DNA of 64,000 nucleotides from Candidatus Hydrogenedentota bacterium. Lineage in GTDB: Bacteria > Hydrogenedentota > Hydrogenedentia > Hydrogenedentales > SLHB01. Shown in pieces: positions 39,757 through 50,327 of this stretch. The position numbers were made by a program, and so were the translations under genes. The notes below the pieces were generated by a model that ran no database searches, was not told the DNA's origin, and worked only from the letters and a program-made list of their open reading frames with translations. The stretch lies in contig JADLHJ010000061.1 of the NCBI GenBank assembly GCA_020848835.1, forward strand, positions 29,456 through 93,455. Reading direction: 5' to 3'. How positions within the stretch are numbered: the stretch's first letter is position 1; each line of letters starts with the position of its first letter.

Positions 39757-40851
39757 ATGCTAAAACGCTTCGCAAAACTTTCGCCGTCAGAGAAGCGGCT
39801 GTCCGTCATTGTGGCCGTGCTTTTTATTTTGGCCATTGCGATGGTGATCGGGTTTCGTTGCATGGACGCGCTGCAATTGCTGGACGAAACCATTGCGAGC
39901 CAGGAACTGCTGTTGCTCGATGATTCGCGCTATTCCGCGCTCGCGGGACCGGTAGACGAAGCGTACGACGCGATCGCCAAACAACATTCGAGCGAGTGGA
40001 CCCAGGAACAAATCCACGATCGGCTGCGCACCGAAATTGCGCGGTTGTCGTTGCGTCGGGTGCCGGACGAAGGCACAGCATTGCCCGCGGTGCAAAACCC
40101 CGGGGATTTGCTGGTCGATATTCGCGCGTGGCCCATGGGCGCGCTGGACGACAGCGGCGAAGGCTTCCGCACCTATCAAATCAACTTCCGCACAGAACCA
40201 ACGTCGATACAAAACATCGCGACATTTCTCGAACGCTTACAGCAAAGCCCGCAGGCCTTACGAGTGGAGGGTCTGGAACTCACGCGCCAGCCGTTGTCAA
40301 CCGAAGTAACCGCCGCATTCCGCGTCGCGCGCACAGTCATTGGTGAAGGGAAAGGCGCATCACCCGCGCCAGCCGTCGCGCAGGAAACGAGCGAAAAGCC
40401 AACGGGCAACTTAATTGAGAATGCCGATTTCGCCCAGTGGGACGCGCAAACTTCCAGCGCACCGGGGTGGAACGTATCGCAAGCGGCGTTGACCCTCGAA
40501 AAAGACATCGTTGCCGGCGGCGATAACGCGCTAGCGGTCCACGCGCAAGGCGCGAACGCCGAACTCTACCAGGATCGACAGCTTGTTGGCGGCGCGACAT
40601 ATGAAGTCACTTTTGTAGCAAAGGCGTCCGGCGCGGTGCGGTTGCGGATATTGAACAGCCTAAGCGGTGAAGCCATTGGCGGTGACGTGCAGTTGCAGCA
40701 AGGAGCTACCGGATATCAGTACCGGTACCGGTTCACGGCCCCGGGTGAAGCGGGCGCGAAGGTGTCCATTCGGCTCCCCATGTTTGTGATAGAGCAAAGT
40801 GGGGCCACACTCGTGCTCGACAACGTCAGCGTGCAGGAAGCGAGCGCATGA
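39757..40851 (+). CDS. gspM: GspM/PilO-like inner-membrane protein fused to a C-terminal CBM4/9-like (galactose-binding-like jelly-roll) domain.
   Basis: N-terminal TM VIVAVLFILAIAMVIGF followed by a PilO/GspM-like region (...YQINFRTEPTSIQNIATFLERL...LRVEGLELTR). C-terminal GNLIENADFAQWD...GATYEVTFVAKASG... resembles CBM_4_9. Confidence 0.5.
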   Translation: MLKRFAKLSPSEKRLSVIVAVLFILAIAMVIGFRCMDALQLLDETIASQELLLLDDSRYSALAGPVDEAYDAIAKQHSSEWTQEQIHDRLRTEIARLSLRRVPDEGTALPAVQNPGDLLVDIRAWPMGALDDSGEGFRTYQINFRTEPTSIQNIATFLERLQQSPQALRVEGLELTRQPLSTEVTAAFRVARTVIGEGKGASPAPAVAQETSEKPTGNLIENADFAQWDAQTSSAPGWNVSQAALTLEKDIVAGGDNALAVHAQGANAELYQDRQLVGGATYEVTFVAKASGAVRLRILNSLSGEAIGGDVQLQQGATGYQYRYRFTAPGEAGAKVSIRLPMFVIEQSGATLVLDNVSVQEASA

Positions 40852-41330
40852 TTAACAAGCAATACGCATACACCGCCGGATGGATCGCGCTCGCAGCGAT
40901 GGCAGTGTTCTTTGTTGTTGGGCTCGTGCGCGACCCCACGCAGGCCGCGCGAAAAGAAATAGAACGGCAGCTCGCCGAGGTCGCGAATGGCGAAATCGAT
41001 TTGTCGCTCGCGTCCGATGCGGAGTCCGCCGAATGGCAACGCGGCATATCCGGGCGTCCCAACATTTGGGGCCCGCTCGTGCCGCCGCAGAAGGTCGAAG
41101 CGCCGCCGCCGTCCCTGCAGGACATGCTCAAGGGCGTGGAGCCTACGCGCAACAAGATCGGTTCCGGCGCGGCCATGAAAGTGCAAATACGCGTTGACGG
41201 GAAGAAGGAATACTATGGCGTGGGGGACCAGGTAAAAGGCTGCGCGATCAAAGAGATTACCGACGCACATGTCCTGTTTACGCTGGTGAAAGACGGTAAG
41301 ACCTACGGAATTCCTTTGCCTCGAAGGTAG
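40848..41330 (+). CDS. Small bitopic GspC/PilP-like protein (TM plus C-terminal beta domain), putative secretin-interacting component.
   Basis: TM WIALAAMAVFFVVGLV. C-terminal KVQIRVDGKKEYYGVGDQVKGCAIKEITDAHVLFTLVKDGKTYGIPL resembles the PilP/GspC HR domain. Placed immediately before the secretin. Confidence 0.4.
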   Translation: MINKQYAYTAGWIALAAMAVFFVVGLVRDPTQAARKEIERQLAEVANGEIDLSLASDAESAEWQRGISGRPNIWGPLVPPQKVEAPPPSLQDMLKGVEPTRNKIGSGAAMKVQIRVDGKKEYYGVGDQVKGCAIKEITDAHVLFTLVKDGKTYGIPLPRR

Positions 41331-41463
41331 TCTGTTGTCTACCAACTACCGGGCTGATTCGTTATACTCTCTGCGTTGCGCCCACAAAGGGGCGGTCAAT
41401 GCGGAAACTGGGAAGGGGATTGTGCGGGGTGCGGCGTATCGTGCCGCCCGCGACGATACATTG

Positions 41464-43926
41464 ATGGCGCAGCGAATACTACAAATCGGGTTTACTTCGA
41501 TCGGGTTGGCAATATGTTGCGCCATGACCGCATTCGCTCAGCAAAGCCCATCGACGCCAACCCAACAGCCCACCGTCGAAAGCAGCGTGAACAGCATCCT
41601 CATGCAGGAACCGCAGTCCCAGCAAGAAGGCGGCGGTTCCCAGGGCGAAGCGCCACGTTCACGGCGCAATACAGAACCCGGCAAATCAGGCACGGGTGTA
41701 ACGGCAATTCAGGGCGAGCGCCGCTCTGTTACCGTTGGCGGGCAGGGTGCGTTTGAACCAATCTTGAATCAGAAGATTCCCACTGTTGAGCTCCCCGATG
41801 ACGGCGAATTGATAACAATGAACTCGTCGGACGGGGCGATGCCCGTGATTGAGATATTGGACGGCATTGCCGCCGCCACCGGTTGGAACGTCGTGGCGTC
41901 ACCTGGCGTGGAAAAGGAAGCCATTCGCTTCTGGGTGAAAGACGTCAAACCACGCCAGATCATGGAAATCCTCAAGTTCAATCACATTCACTACGATTTC
42001 GATCCGGCCACAAAGTTTCTATACGTAATGTTGGACGGCGAATTTCTCGAACGCGAATACGGCGACATGAAGAAGGCCGAGTTCAACGTGAAGCACGCCG
42101 ATGTGATGGACATGGAGCAAGTGCTGAACGGCCTGATGTCTACGACGGGCCGACTCATCAGCGACCCGCGCACCGGCAACGTGATCGTGTGGGACACACA
42201 GGCCAACCTCGACGCCATGCGCGATGCCGTGCAACAATTGGACGTACCGCTGCAGCCGCGCGTGTTCATGCTCAAACACCTTCAAGCCGATAGTTTGCTC
42301 GAAACGATTCAGAGCCTTTTGTCTGAGCGCGGCCTCGCCCAAGCCGACCCGCGCGCGAACAGCATTGTGGTTACCGACCTGCCCGCGCGCCAGGACCAAA
42401 TCGGCGAGATGATAGAAGCGCTCGATCAACCGCTCATCACCAAGACTTGGACACTCCGCTACATTGAACCCAAAGACGTCTCGGAGCGTTTGGAAAATAT
42501 CGTTCCCGAAGAAGCCGGAATCATCACCTTCGACGAAGATACCCACCAGATCAGCATGACTGCGATCGGCAGCCGCATCGACGAAGTGGATGCGATGATC
42601 AAGGAGTGGGACATCAAGGGACTTCAGGTCCAGATCGAGACGTTCCTCGTTTCCGCGAGCAGCAATGTCATTCGAGATCTATCCATCGACTGGGCCTACT
42701 TCGATGAGATCAGCGGCGTGCCCTTCGCCATCCAAAGCGGAGGTTCGCGTCCCAATTACACGACCGCTCCCGATGCCGGCCAGCGCGCAAGCGTGGGGCG
42801 CTACCCTTACCGCGCGTTTTTGCAAGACGACGTGACCGGCTCGTTCTTCCAGGAGTTGAGCAACCCAAGCGGACGCGAGGCCGGCGCGCCCACAGGCAAC
42901 CTCATCCTCGATCCCGATTTCAAAGGTAACCGAGTCGCAGTTGTGCTCGATTACCTTGACCGCACCGGCGAAGTGAACATCCTCGCGCGTCCCCGCGTGA
43001 CCGTACAAGACGGTGAAGAGGCCACCTTTGAAAACACCACCGATCAGCCGTTCCAAAGCGTTGGCTTCACGGGTTACGGTGGCACCGTGATTGACAATGG
43101 CGGCGGTAGCGACCCGGTGAATGACGTGTCCAGCCGCGTCATACCTGGCCAGGTTCAATTCATCAAAGTCGGTACGATCCTGAAAGTGAAACCGCGTGTG
43201 AACGATGAGGACAACATCCTCATGGATATCGAGACCGAAGAAAGCACCGCGGAAGACAAGACGATTCTCGCAGGCGGCCTCGCCAGCACGATTCCCCAAA
43301 AGACGCAGAACAAAGCCGAGACCCAAGTGCTCGTGAACGACGGCCAGACTATCGTTATCGGCGGTCTGCGCGCGGTCACGGTGCAAGACGACGTCGAGCG
43401 CGTGCCTGTCTTGGGTAGCATTCCTTTCATCGGCCGGCTGTTCAAATCTACAGAAAAAGATCATCGCGACCGCGAACTTGCCGTATTCATCACGCCAACA
43501 ATCGTAGACGAATACACGCAATCTGAAGCCGTGCGCGCCGCGGCCTTTGATGAAGAGATGGCCGACAAGGTACGGCATTCCCAGAAGGGCATTTTCGGTC
43601 GTGCGCAAGACCGCCTGACAGACGGCAAGAATGAACTCAGCGTTTCTGTCGGTCACACGGGCGCCATTCAGTCTGAGGGCAAAGTACTCACTGAAGAAGA
43701 ACTCGGCGACAAGTTCAATTCCTTCCGCGACGCCAAAGTGAAACCCTTGGTGATAGTCCGTATTCACCCCGATGCCCCAAGGGGCATTGAAGCGAGCATA
43801 CGCGAACTCGCAATGCTGGCCGGATTAAAGATGGAAACGGAGACACAGCGCACGCCATTTGTCCCCGCCGCCCGCGACCAAGTACCAGTGCCATTAGAGA
43901 CAATGGAAACTTCTCCGGAACCCTAG
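41464..43926 (+). CDS. gspD: Type II secretion system secretin GspD.
   Basis: Signal peptide MAQRILQIGFTSIGLAICCAMTAFAQ (ATG at 41464). C-terminal secretin signature VPVLGSIPFIGRLFKS...RELAVFITPTIV. N-domains after a Q/S-rich linker. Confidence 0.85.
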   Translation: MAQRILQIGFTSIGLAICCAMTAFAQQSPSTPTQQPTVESSVNSILMQEPQSQQEGGGSQGEAPRSRRNTEPGKSGTGVTAIQGERRSVTVGGQGAFEPILNQKIPTVELPDDGELITMNSSDGAMPVIEILDGIAAATGWNVVASPGVEKEAIRFWVKDVKPRQIMEILKFNHIHYDFDPATKFLYVMLDGEFLEREYGDMKKAEFNVKHADVMDMEQVLNGLMSTTGRLISDPRTGNVIVWDTQANLDAMRDAVQQLDVPLQPRVFMLKHLQADSLLETIQSLLSERGLAQADPRANSIVVTDLPARQDQIGEMIEALDQPLITKTWTLRYIEPKDVSERLENIVPEEAGIITFDEDTHQISMTAIGSRIDEVDAMIKEWDIKGLQVQIETFLVSASSNVIRDLSIDWAYFDEISGVPFAIQSGGSRPNYTTAPDAGQRASVGRYPYRAFLQDDVTGSFFQELSNPSGREAGAPTGNLILDPDFKGNRVAVVLDYLDRTGEVNILARPRVTVQDGEEATFENTTDQPFQSVGFTGYGGTVIDNGGGSDPVNDVSSRVIPGQVQFIKVGTILKVKPRVNDEDNILMDIETEESTAEDKTILAGGLASTIPQKTQNKAETQVLVNDGQTIVIGGLRAVTVQDDVERVPVLGSIPFIGRLFKSTEKDHRDRELAVFITPTIVDEYTQSEAVRAAAFDEEMADKVRHSQKGIFGRAQDRLTDGKNELSVSVGHTGAIQSEGKVLTEEELGDKFNSFRDAKVKPLVIVRIHPDAPRGIEASIRELAMLAGLKMETETQRTPFVPAARDQVPVPLETMETSPEP

Positions 43927-44162
43927 CCCGCCGTTCCTGCTTTTTATTTAAGCGCCTGTTATAACCCCGGTTAGAAAGATACAAAATAGTTGCAAATATA
44001 AAATGTATACTATACTCTTACAGTTGTCCGAAGTGTTTACCTAACACTAGGAAAAAATCTAAAGTCGCTCTCAACAAGTCAGACAGGACTTGAGAAATCC
44101 CCCGCTCAAGTAGGTCGTCCACCGAGCGCCACAAGTTGGCGTGTCGGACATTGGAAGATGCT

Positions 44163-46829
44163 ATGCGAATATCGACGCGGATATGGATTGCGATCGTGGT
44201 CTCGGCAGTCGCCACAGCGATTGCGGTTGGAGTTATAACCAACCATTACATAGAAGAAGCAATCCTTCCTGTCGCCTTAATTCACCTGCAATCCGAATCG
44301 CAGCGCATGCTGGATCGCCTTGGCGCCGATGTTTTGGCCGTGCGAGGCGATGTACTTGCGGGGCGTTCCGCGACTGCAGTGCAAATGCTCATGCATGCCG
44401 CCGAAGCCAAGGATGCAGACAGCTTCGCCGTCTGGGCTCAGCGTGTTGAACGCAGTTTCGGCACCCAACTCTCCGCCAAGACCTCTTACCTTCAGATTCG
44501 CGTGATTAACGCCGAAGATGGGCGGGAAATTATTGCGCTCGAACGCCTCTCGCAAAACAATAAACTCCGTATTGTTCCCGACAGCGAACTGCGTGACGTT
44601 TCCGGTCGCGATTACTACACACAGACCATCGCTTTGAACGACGGCGAGGTCTATGTCTCTGACATCACCCCCAACCGGGAGCACGGAACCGAATCGCAAG
44701 AATCTTTGCCGACGGTGCGCGTCTCCGCGCCGATTTTCAGCGAGACTGGAACGAAGCTCGGTATTTTCATAATAAACGTAGACATGCGGCCCTATATGGA
44801 GCAGCTTCGCAGCAGCAGGTCGGCGGATGCACGGTTTTATATGCTGAACGGTGCAGGCGAATATATATTGCACCCCGAAGGCATATCGGCGGCGGCAGGC
44901 GGCAACAGTACATTCTCAACCGATTTTCCCGTCTTCGACACGGTAAATCGGGAAGAGGGTGTCCATGTGAAAACGTTCAGCAGGGGAAGCAGCGAGCGCC
45001 TCGCTGCGGCGATGGTAACCGCGCGTCTGGCCAGCGGTCCCCTCGTATCGATCATTGAAACTTTACCGATAGAAACCGTCATGGCGCCGGCGCGTGATGC
45101 ACGAAAGACAGCATTTATTGTAGGCGGAATTGCTGCGGTCTTCGGGACCTTTCTTGCGTACTGGGTTGGACGTTCCATGTCGCAGTCTATGGACCAACTC
45201 ACCAAATCGTTGACCTCATTTCATGCGCAAAAACCCGTTGCACCACCGATAAACGCCGTCGGGGAGATTGGGGTCGCTGCGCGCGCGTTCGCAGAAACCG
45301 CAATGGAGATTCGCGAAAAGTCCGCGGAGTTGCGCGAGCGCGTGGAAGAGTTGCACCGGACGGAAAACGAACTCAGGAGTCAGATTGAACGAGTCGGACA
45401 CTTCGGCGCCGCGCTCGAGCACGCGCACGAAGCCATATTCACGATGCGATTGGATGGAACGATCACCGCATGGAACCGGGCGGCGGAGCGCTTGTTTGGA
45501 TACTCGGCGCCGGAAATGATCGGGAGAAATGTGTCGCGCATCGTGCCTGAGGAAAGAAACTCCGAACTGCGCCACTTGGCAACGCGACTAAGCGAAGGGG
45601 ATACCGTCAATGTTGTCGAGACGGTCCGGCTTGCCAAGAACGGATCCACCATCTTGGTGTCGCAGACGGTTGCGCCCGTCAAAACCGATCAAGGCGAAAT
45701 AATCGGGGCCGCCATCGTGATGCGCAGCGTTGCGGAGGAACGCAACGCAGAGGCGGTGCGGCTGGCGCTCGATGCTACGCCGGACGCGATGATCATGGCC
45801 GATTCTCGCGGGCGAATCGTACTCGTCAACGCGGAGACCGAGCGGCTCTTCGGATACCGGTCGAACGAATTAATTGGGGAGACCATCGAAATGCTCGTGC
45901 CTACCCGGTTCCGTTTCCGTCACCGGGAAATGCGCGGCGAGTACGATAAGTCGCCTCACATGCGGCATATGTCCGAATTGGCGCCGCTGCCTGCACTGCG
46001 CAAAGACGGCACAGAATTTAGCGCGGAGATAAGCCTGCACCCAATTGCGATGCACAATGGCAAGTACGTTTTGTCCGTTGTGCGCGATGTTACGGAACGT
46101 CTGGAATCGCAGCGAGCAATCCAGCGCTATACCGAAGAGTTGCGCCGTTCCAATGCGGACCTCGAACAGTTTGCATATATTGCTTCGCACGATCTTCAAG
46201 AACCGCTGAGGATGATTGCCAGCTATACCGAGCTGTTGTCCGAACGCTATTCCGGGCGCCTCGACGAAACGGCCGACAAGTACATTCACTTTGCAGTGGA
46301 TGGTGCAAAGCGCATGAAGCGTTTGATCAATGCACTCCTAGAGTATTCGAGAGTCGATAAGCAGTCTCTGCGACTCGAACCGACAGATACGAAAGAAGTG
46401 GTTAACACCGTTGTTACAGTCCTCGATACGCTGATAAAAGAAAAGAAAGCGGTAGTGCACTACGATGGTTTGCCGAAGATCAACGTGGATCGAAATCTGG
46501 TGGAACTCCTCTTTCAAAACCTCTTGAACAACGCCATCAAGTTCCATTCAGAACTGCCGCCGCGCATCAAGGTCACCGGGGAACCAAACGGCGACATGTG
46601 TATGCTGGCGGTTGAAGACAACGGCATCGGCATTGACGAGAAGTACGCAGACCGCGTGTTTCAAATGTTTCAGCGTTTGCATCCGCGCGATGCGTATGAG
46701 GGTAACGGTATTGGATTGTCGGTCGCGCGCCGTATTGTGGAGCGGCACGGCGGCCGCATTTGGTTTAAGTCGCGTCCGCTCATCGGAACGACATTTTATT
46801 TCACGCTACCGCTGAATAAGGACAACTGA
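44163..46829 (+). CDS. Sensor histidine kinase: TM, periplasmic Cache-like sensor, TM, coiled coil, two PAS domains, HisKA, HATPase_c.
   Basis: H-box IASHDLQEPLRMI. N/G boxes ...LLNNAIKFH...DNGIGI...GNGIGLSV. ATG at 44163 with GGAAG RBS. Confidence 0.85.
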   Translation: MRISTRIWIAIVVSAVATAIAVGVITNHYIEEAILPVALIHLQSESQRMLDRLGADVLAVRGDVLAGRSATAVQMLMHAAEAKDADSFAVWAQRVERSFGTQLSAKTSYLQIRVINAEDGREIIALERLSQNNKLRIVPDSELRDVSGRDYYTQTIALNDGEVYVSDITPNREHGTESQESLPTVRVSAPIFSETGTKLGIFIINVDMRPYMEQLRSSRSADARFYMLNGAGEYILHPEGISAAAGGNSTFSTDFPVFDTVNREEGVHVKTFSRGSSERLAAAMVTARLASGPLVSIIETLPIETVMAPARDARKTAFIVGGIAAVFGTFLAYWVGRSMSQSMDQLTKSLTSFHAQKPVAPPINAVGEIGVAARAFAETAMEIREKSAELRERVEELHRTENELRSQIERVGHFGAALEHAHEAIFTMRLDGTITAWNRAAERLFGYSAPEMIGRNVSRIVPEERNSELRHLATRLSEGDTVNVVETVRLAKNGSTILVSQTVAPVKTDQGEIIGAAIVMRSVAEERNAEAVRLALDATPDAMIMADSRGRIVLVNAETERLFGYRSNELIGETIEMLVPTRFRFRHREMRGEYDKSPHMRHMSELAPLPALRKDGTEFSAEISLHPIAMHNGKYVLSVVRDVTERLESQRAIQRYTEELRRSNADLEQFAYIASHDLQEPLRMIASYTELLSERYSGRLDETADKYIHFAVDGAKRMKRLINALLEYSRVDKQSLRLEPTDTKEVVNTVVTVLDTLIKEKKAVVHYDGLPKINVDRNLVELLFQNLLNNAIKFHSELPPRIKVTGEPNGDMCMLAVEDNGIGIDEKYADRVFQMFQRLHPRDAYEGNGIGLSVARRIVERHGGRIWFKSRPLIGTTFYFTLPLNKDN

Positions 46830-46831
46830 AG

Positions 46832-47275
46832 ATGAATAGACGTGTATGTGCACTTCTAGTGGAAGACAATCCCGCGGATGCGGAACTCGCACGCGACGCG
46901 TTGCAGGACGGAGCGCTCCCCATCGACCTCCACGTCGTTGGCGACGGCGAGCAGGCGTTGGCGTTTGTCTTTAAGCAAAACGATTATGTAACGGCGCCGG
47001 ATCCTGACATTGTACTTCTGGATCTAAACTTGCCAAGACTCAATGGCAAGGAAGTTTTGTCGAGACTGAAAAGCGACGAAACCTCCAAGTCGATCCCAGT
47101 CATAATCTTGACTTCTTCCGAGGCCGACGAGGACGTTGTGTCCAGCTATAGTCTGGGTGCGAACAGTTACGTAACAAAACCCCTCGACCTCAAGTCGTTT
47201 CGGCGCATCCTCGATCTGTTGAAGAGCTATTGGTTTGTTGTTTCGAAACTTCCCAATACTGGTACGACCTTATGA
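46832..47275 (+). CDS. Single-domain response regulator (CheY-like receiver).
   Basis: LLVEDNPAD...DIVLLDLNLPRLNGKEVL receiver motifs with phospho-Asp in LLDLNLP. Confidence 0.85.
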   Translation: MNRRVCALLVEDNPADAELARDALQDGALPIDLHVVGDGEQALAFVFKQNDYVTAPDPDIVLLDLNLPRLNGKEVLSRLKSDETSKSIPVIILTSSEADEDVVSSYSLGANSYVTKPLDLKSFRRILDLLKSYWFVVSKLPNTGTTL

Positions 47276-47284
47276 GGGCCCTAC

Positions 47285-48001
47285 ATGCAAACGCGCGGTA
47301 AGACATCCGCATCACCCTTGCGAGTTCTTCTAGTAGAAGACAACCCCGGCGATGTGGAATTGATCCGGACATATCTCGCACGGTTCCAGCCGACCTCCGT
47401 TACCGTCGAAAGCGTGGGCCTCCTTTCTTTGGCGTTGCAGATCGTTGTTCAGCGGGTATTCGACGTGGCGATTGTCGATCTCAAGCTCCCCGATGCACAG
47501 GGAACGGAAGCGATTGACGCGTTGCACATTGTCGCCAGTAATGTTCCCATCGTCGTGCTGACACAAATGCAAGACGAAGAGTTGGCATTCAAATGCATCG
47601 ATGCGGGTGCGCAGGATTTCTTGTATAAAGACGATCTGCACGAAAACACGCTGCGCTGCGCCATCCGCTTTGCAATATTGCGCCATCACGAGGCGCAGGA
47701 AAAAATGATGCTGCTTCGACAACTCGAAGCCACATTAACCAAAGTACTTTCGGGCTACGTGACGATTTGCATGCACTGCAAGCAGATCCGCGTGGGTAGC
47801 GCCTGGCAATCGCTCGAGACTTACGTGGAACGCCGCAGCAACGCCAAATTCACCCATAGCGTTTGTCCCGGGTGTGTCGAGGCGCATTACCCTGAATATG
47901 CCGAGAAACTTTGGCCGCAAGACCTCGGCAAGCACGATTTCACTGCGCCAGTACCGAACGAAAGAGGGGTGGACGGTTTTGTCGATGAGGTGCAAATTTA
48001 G
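47285..48001 (+). CDS. Response regulator: receiver domain plus Cys-rich C-terminal domain of unknown function (possible zinc ribbon).
   Basis: Receiver LLVEDNPGDVEL...VAIVDLKLPDAQG. C-terminal TICMHCKQIRVG...THSVCPGCVEAHYPEY (CxxC...CxxC). Confidence 0.8.
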   Translation: MQTRGKTSASPLRVLLVEDNPGDVELIRTYLARFQPTSVTVESVGLLSLALQIVVQRVFDVAIVDLKLPDAQGTEAIDALHIVASNVPIVVLTQMQDEELAFKCIDAGAQDFLYKDDLHENTLRCAIRFAILRHHEAQEKMMLLRQLEATLTKVLSGYVTICMHCKQIRVGSAWQSLETYVERRSNAKFTHSVCPGCVEAHYPEYAEKLWPQDLGKHDFTAPVPNERGVDGFVDEVQI

Positions 48002-48003
48002 CG

Positions 48004-48384
48004 TCAAGCGTTCGTGCGGCGCAATCCTTCTACGGCGATGCAGCACCAGCCCGCAATAAACGCCACGCCGCCAAAGGGAGTTATTGCGCCGAGCCAACGC
48101 GTATCGGTCACTGCCAGCAGGTAGAGGCTTCCCGAAAAGATGGCCACGCCGGCAAGCCAACACCAGCAAGCCCGCTTGAACCAAGCGTTATCGCCCGCAT
48201 GCTTCAGGGCAAGCGCCACAGCCAGTATGGCGATGGCGTGGTACATGTGATAACGGACGCCGACTTCAAAGACTGCCAATAGTTCAGGCGTTAGTCGCTC
48301 CTTCAGTCCATGTGCGCCGAATGCGCCGAGGGCAACGCCCAGCCCGCCCAATGTCCCCGCAATCGCTACCCATGTGTTTCGCAT
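48004..48384 (-). CDS. DUF423 (YgdD-like) membrane protein.
   Basis: GAFGAHGL...YHMYHAIA, a typical DUF423 pattern, ~125 aa with 4 TM. Confidence 0.7.
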   Translation of the reverse strand: MRNTWVAIAGTLGGLGVALGAFGAHGLKERLTPELLAVFEVGVRYHMYHAIAILAVALALKHAGDNAWFKRACWCWLAGVAIFSGSLYLLAVTDTRWLGAITPFGGVAFIAGWCCIAVEGLRRTNA

Positions 48385-48479
48385 GCTGCTCTCATGGCTC
48401 CAAAGTCGAAATGGTTTCCAGTATAGTCTATTTCATCGTCCGTGCAGATTGCTCAAAATCTAGAAGGAGGAATTGGTCC

Positions 48480-48908
48480 ATGGCGATTCAACCCGTCAAA
48501 GCGGCATCTTCATTAGTCTCGGAATTCAAGGCGTTCGCGCTGAAAGGAAACGTCGTCGATCTCGCCGTCGGCGTCATCATCGGCGCTGCGTTCGGCAAGA
48601 TCGTCGATTCGCTCGTCAAAGACATCATCATGCCCGCGATCAGTCTTGTCATGCCCGCCGACAAGACCTACACCGAATGGGCTTTCGCCGTCGGTGAAAA
48701 AACAATCCCCTACGGGAAGTTCCTCGGCGAAATCGTGAATTTCGTAATCGTCGCGCTCGCCCTGTGGATTTTCACCGTAAAGTTTCTCGGCTTCGTACTG
48801 AAATCCAAAAAGCAAGAGGAGGCCGGAGCCCCGCCTACGCTAACCAAAGACCAGGAACTACTTACGGAGATTCGGGACCTGCTGAAATCACAGGAACAAT
48901 CGGCATAA
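48480..48908 (+). CDS. mscL: Large-conductance mechanosensitive channel.
   Basis: EFKAFALKGNVVDLAVGVIIGAAFGKIVDSLV matches the MscL TM1 signature. ATG at 48480 with AAGGAGG RBS. The ORF-track 48312 start is spurious. Confidence 0.9.
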   Translation: MAIQPVKAASSLVSEFKAFALKGNVVDLAVGVIIGAAFGKIVDSLVKDIIMPAISLVMPADKTYTEWAFAVGEKTIPYGKFLGEIVNFVIVALALWIFTVKFLGFVLKSKKQEEAGAPPTLTKDQELLTEIRDLLKSQEQSA

Positions 48909-49043
48909 CCGCCGGGTCTTCTGTGGTGCATCGGGTGTATTTTACATCCCGCGCCGTCTTTTGCTAGACTATCTCGTTTGCTACGAATGACTTTTGGGCT
49001 GCGCAAGGCTTTGGTCTGCCCGCGCCCTCTTAGGAGAGTTACT

Positions 49044-49247
49044 GTGAAAGAAGGTATCCACCCCAACTACGTCGAGTCGAAGGTGACCTGCGCCTGCGGG
49101 AACACGTTTACCACGCGCTCGGTGAAGCCTGCGATAAACGTCGAAATCTGTTCGGCCTGCCACCCGTTCTTCACGGGCAAGCAGAAGTTTGTCGACAGCG
49201 AAGGCCGTGTCGATCGCTTCAACAGGAAATACGGGAAGAAAAACTAA
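49044..49247 (+). CDS. rpmE: 50S ribosomal protein L31 (Zn-binding type A).
   Basis: GTG start with [17 protein letters not shown]...CACGN...[12 protein letters not shown]...GRVDRFN matches L31. Confidence 0.9.
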   Translation: MKEGIHPNYVESKVTCACGNTFTTRSVKPAINVEICSACHPFFTGKQKFVDSEGRVDRFNRKYGKKN

Positions 49248-49253
49248 GCCCGT

Positions 49254-50327
49254 ATGGAGCGCGTGATGTACGATCGGCTCCTCGCCTTGTGCGGGGAGCA
49301 TGAGCGCCTCTCGCGCGAGATGGCGACTGAGGAAGTTGCCACCGATCCCGAGAAGTACCGGTCGCACGCCAAGAAGGTCAAGTCTATCGACGAGACAGTC
49401 CAGGAATTCCGCCGCTACCAGCGCATCGAAAAGCATCTTGGCGAAGCCGAACAGATGCTGCGCGAAGAGACGGATACTGAACTGCGCCTCATCGCCGAAG
49501 AAGAGCGCGACAACACCACCAAGCAGTTGCAGGAGCTCGAACAGGAACTCCGCATTCTGCTCATTCCAAAAGACCCGAACGATGATAAGAATATCATCGT
49601 GGAAATTCGCGCGGGCACCGGTGGGGAAGAGGCGGGCCTGTTTGTGGGCGACCTCACACGCATGTACACCCGCTACGCGGAATTGAAGCGATGGAAAATG
49701 GAAGTGCTCAGCTCCAACTCGACCGGTTTAGGCGGCTACAAAGAAATCAGCTTCAAGATCTCCGGCGACAGCGTGTACAGCCAGTTGAAATTTGAAGGTG
49801 GCGTGCATCGTGTCCAACGTGTGCCCGCGACCGAAGCGCAAGGCCGTGTACATACCTCCGCGGTTACGGTGGCCGTGCTGCCGGAAGCGGACGAAGTCGA
49901 TGTGCAAATCGATCCGACTGAACTGCATATCGACGTCTACCGTTCATCGGGTGCCGGTGGGCAGCACGTGAATACGACCGACTCCGCCGTGCGAATCACA
50001 CACATCCCAACGGGTGTTGTCGTGGCGTGTCAGGACGAACGCTCGCAACACAAGAACCGTGCGAAGGCGATGTCTATTCTCCGCGCGCGTTTACTTGCGC
50101 ATAAGCAAGAACAGGAAGCGGCAAAACGCTCTGCAGAGCGAAAGATTCAGGTCGGTAGCGGCGACCGCAGCGAACGCATCCGCACCTACAATTTCCCCGA
50201 CAATCGTTGCAGCGATCACCGCATCAAACTCACCTTGCACTCGTTGGACCGCATTATGGAAGGCGAACTGCAGCCTGTCATCGACGCGCTAATCTCAGCC
50301 GACCGCACCGCGAAACTCTCCGAGTAA
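49254..50327 (+). CDS. prfA: Peptide chain release factor 1.
   Basis: GGQ motif [25 protein letters not shown] tripeptide (RVPATE) rather than the SPF of RF2. Confidence 0.9.
   Translation: MERVMYDRLLALCGEHERLSREMATEEVATDPEKYRSHAKKVKSIDETVQEFRRYQRIEKHLGEAEQMLREETDTELRLIAEEERDNTTKQLQELEQELRILLIPKDPNDDKNIIVEIRAGTGGEEAGLFVGDLTRMYTRYAELKRWKMEVLSSNSTGLGGYKEISFKISGDSVYSQLKFEGGVHRVQRVPATEAQGRVHTSAVTVAVLPEADEVDVQIDPTELHIDVYRSSGAGGQHVNTTDSAVRITHIPTGVVVACQDERSQHKNRAKAMSILRARLLAHKQEQEAAKRSAERKIQVGSGDRSERIRTYNFPDNRCSDHRIKLTLHSLDRIMEGELQPVIDALISADRTAKLSE

Noticed and set aside
42679-43767. 362-aa minus-strand ORF
   Set aside because: Antisense to the secretin C-terminal domain.
43927-44135. AT-rich intergenic region with TTGCAA...TATACT sigma70-like boxes upstream of the histidine kinase
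   Set aside because: Spacer is only 10 or 15 nt depending on which TATACT is used; cannot support a confident promoter call.
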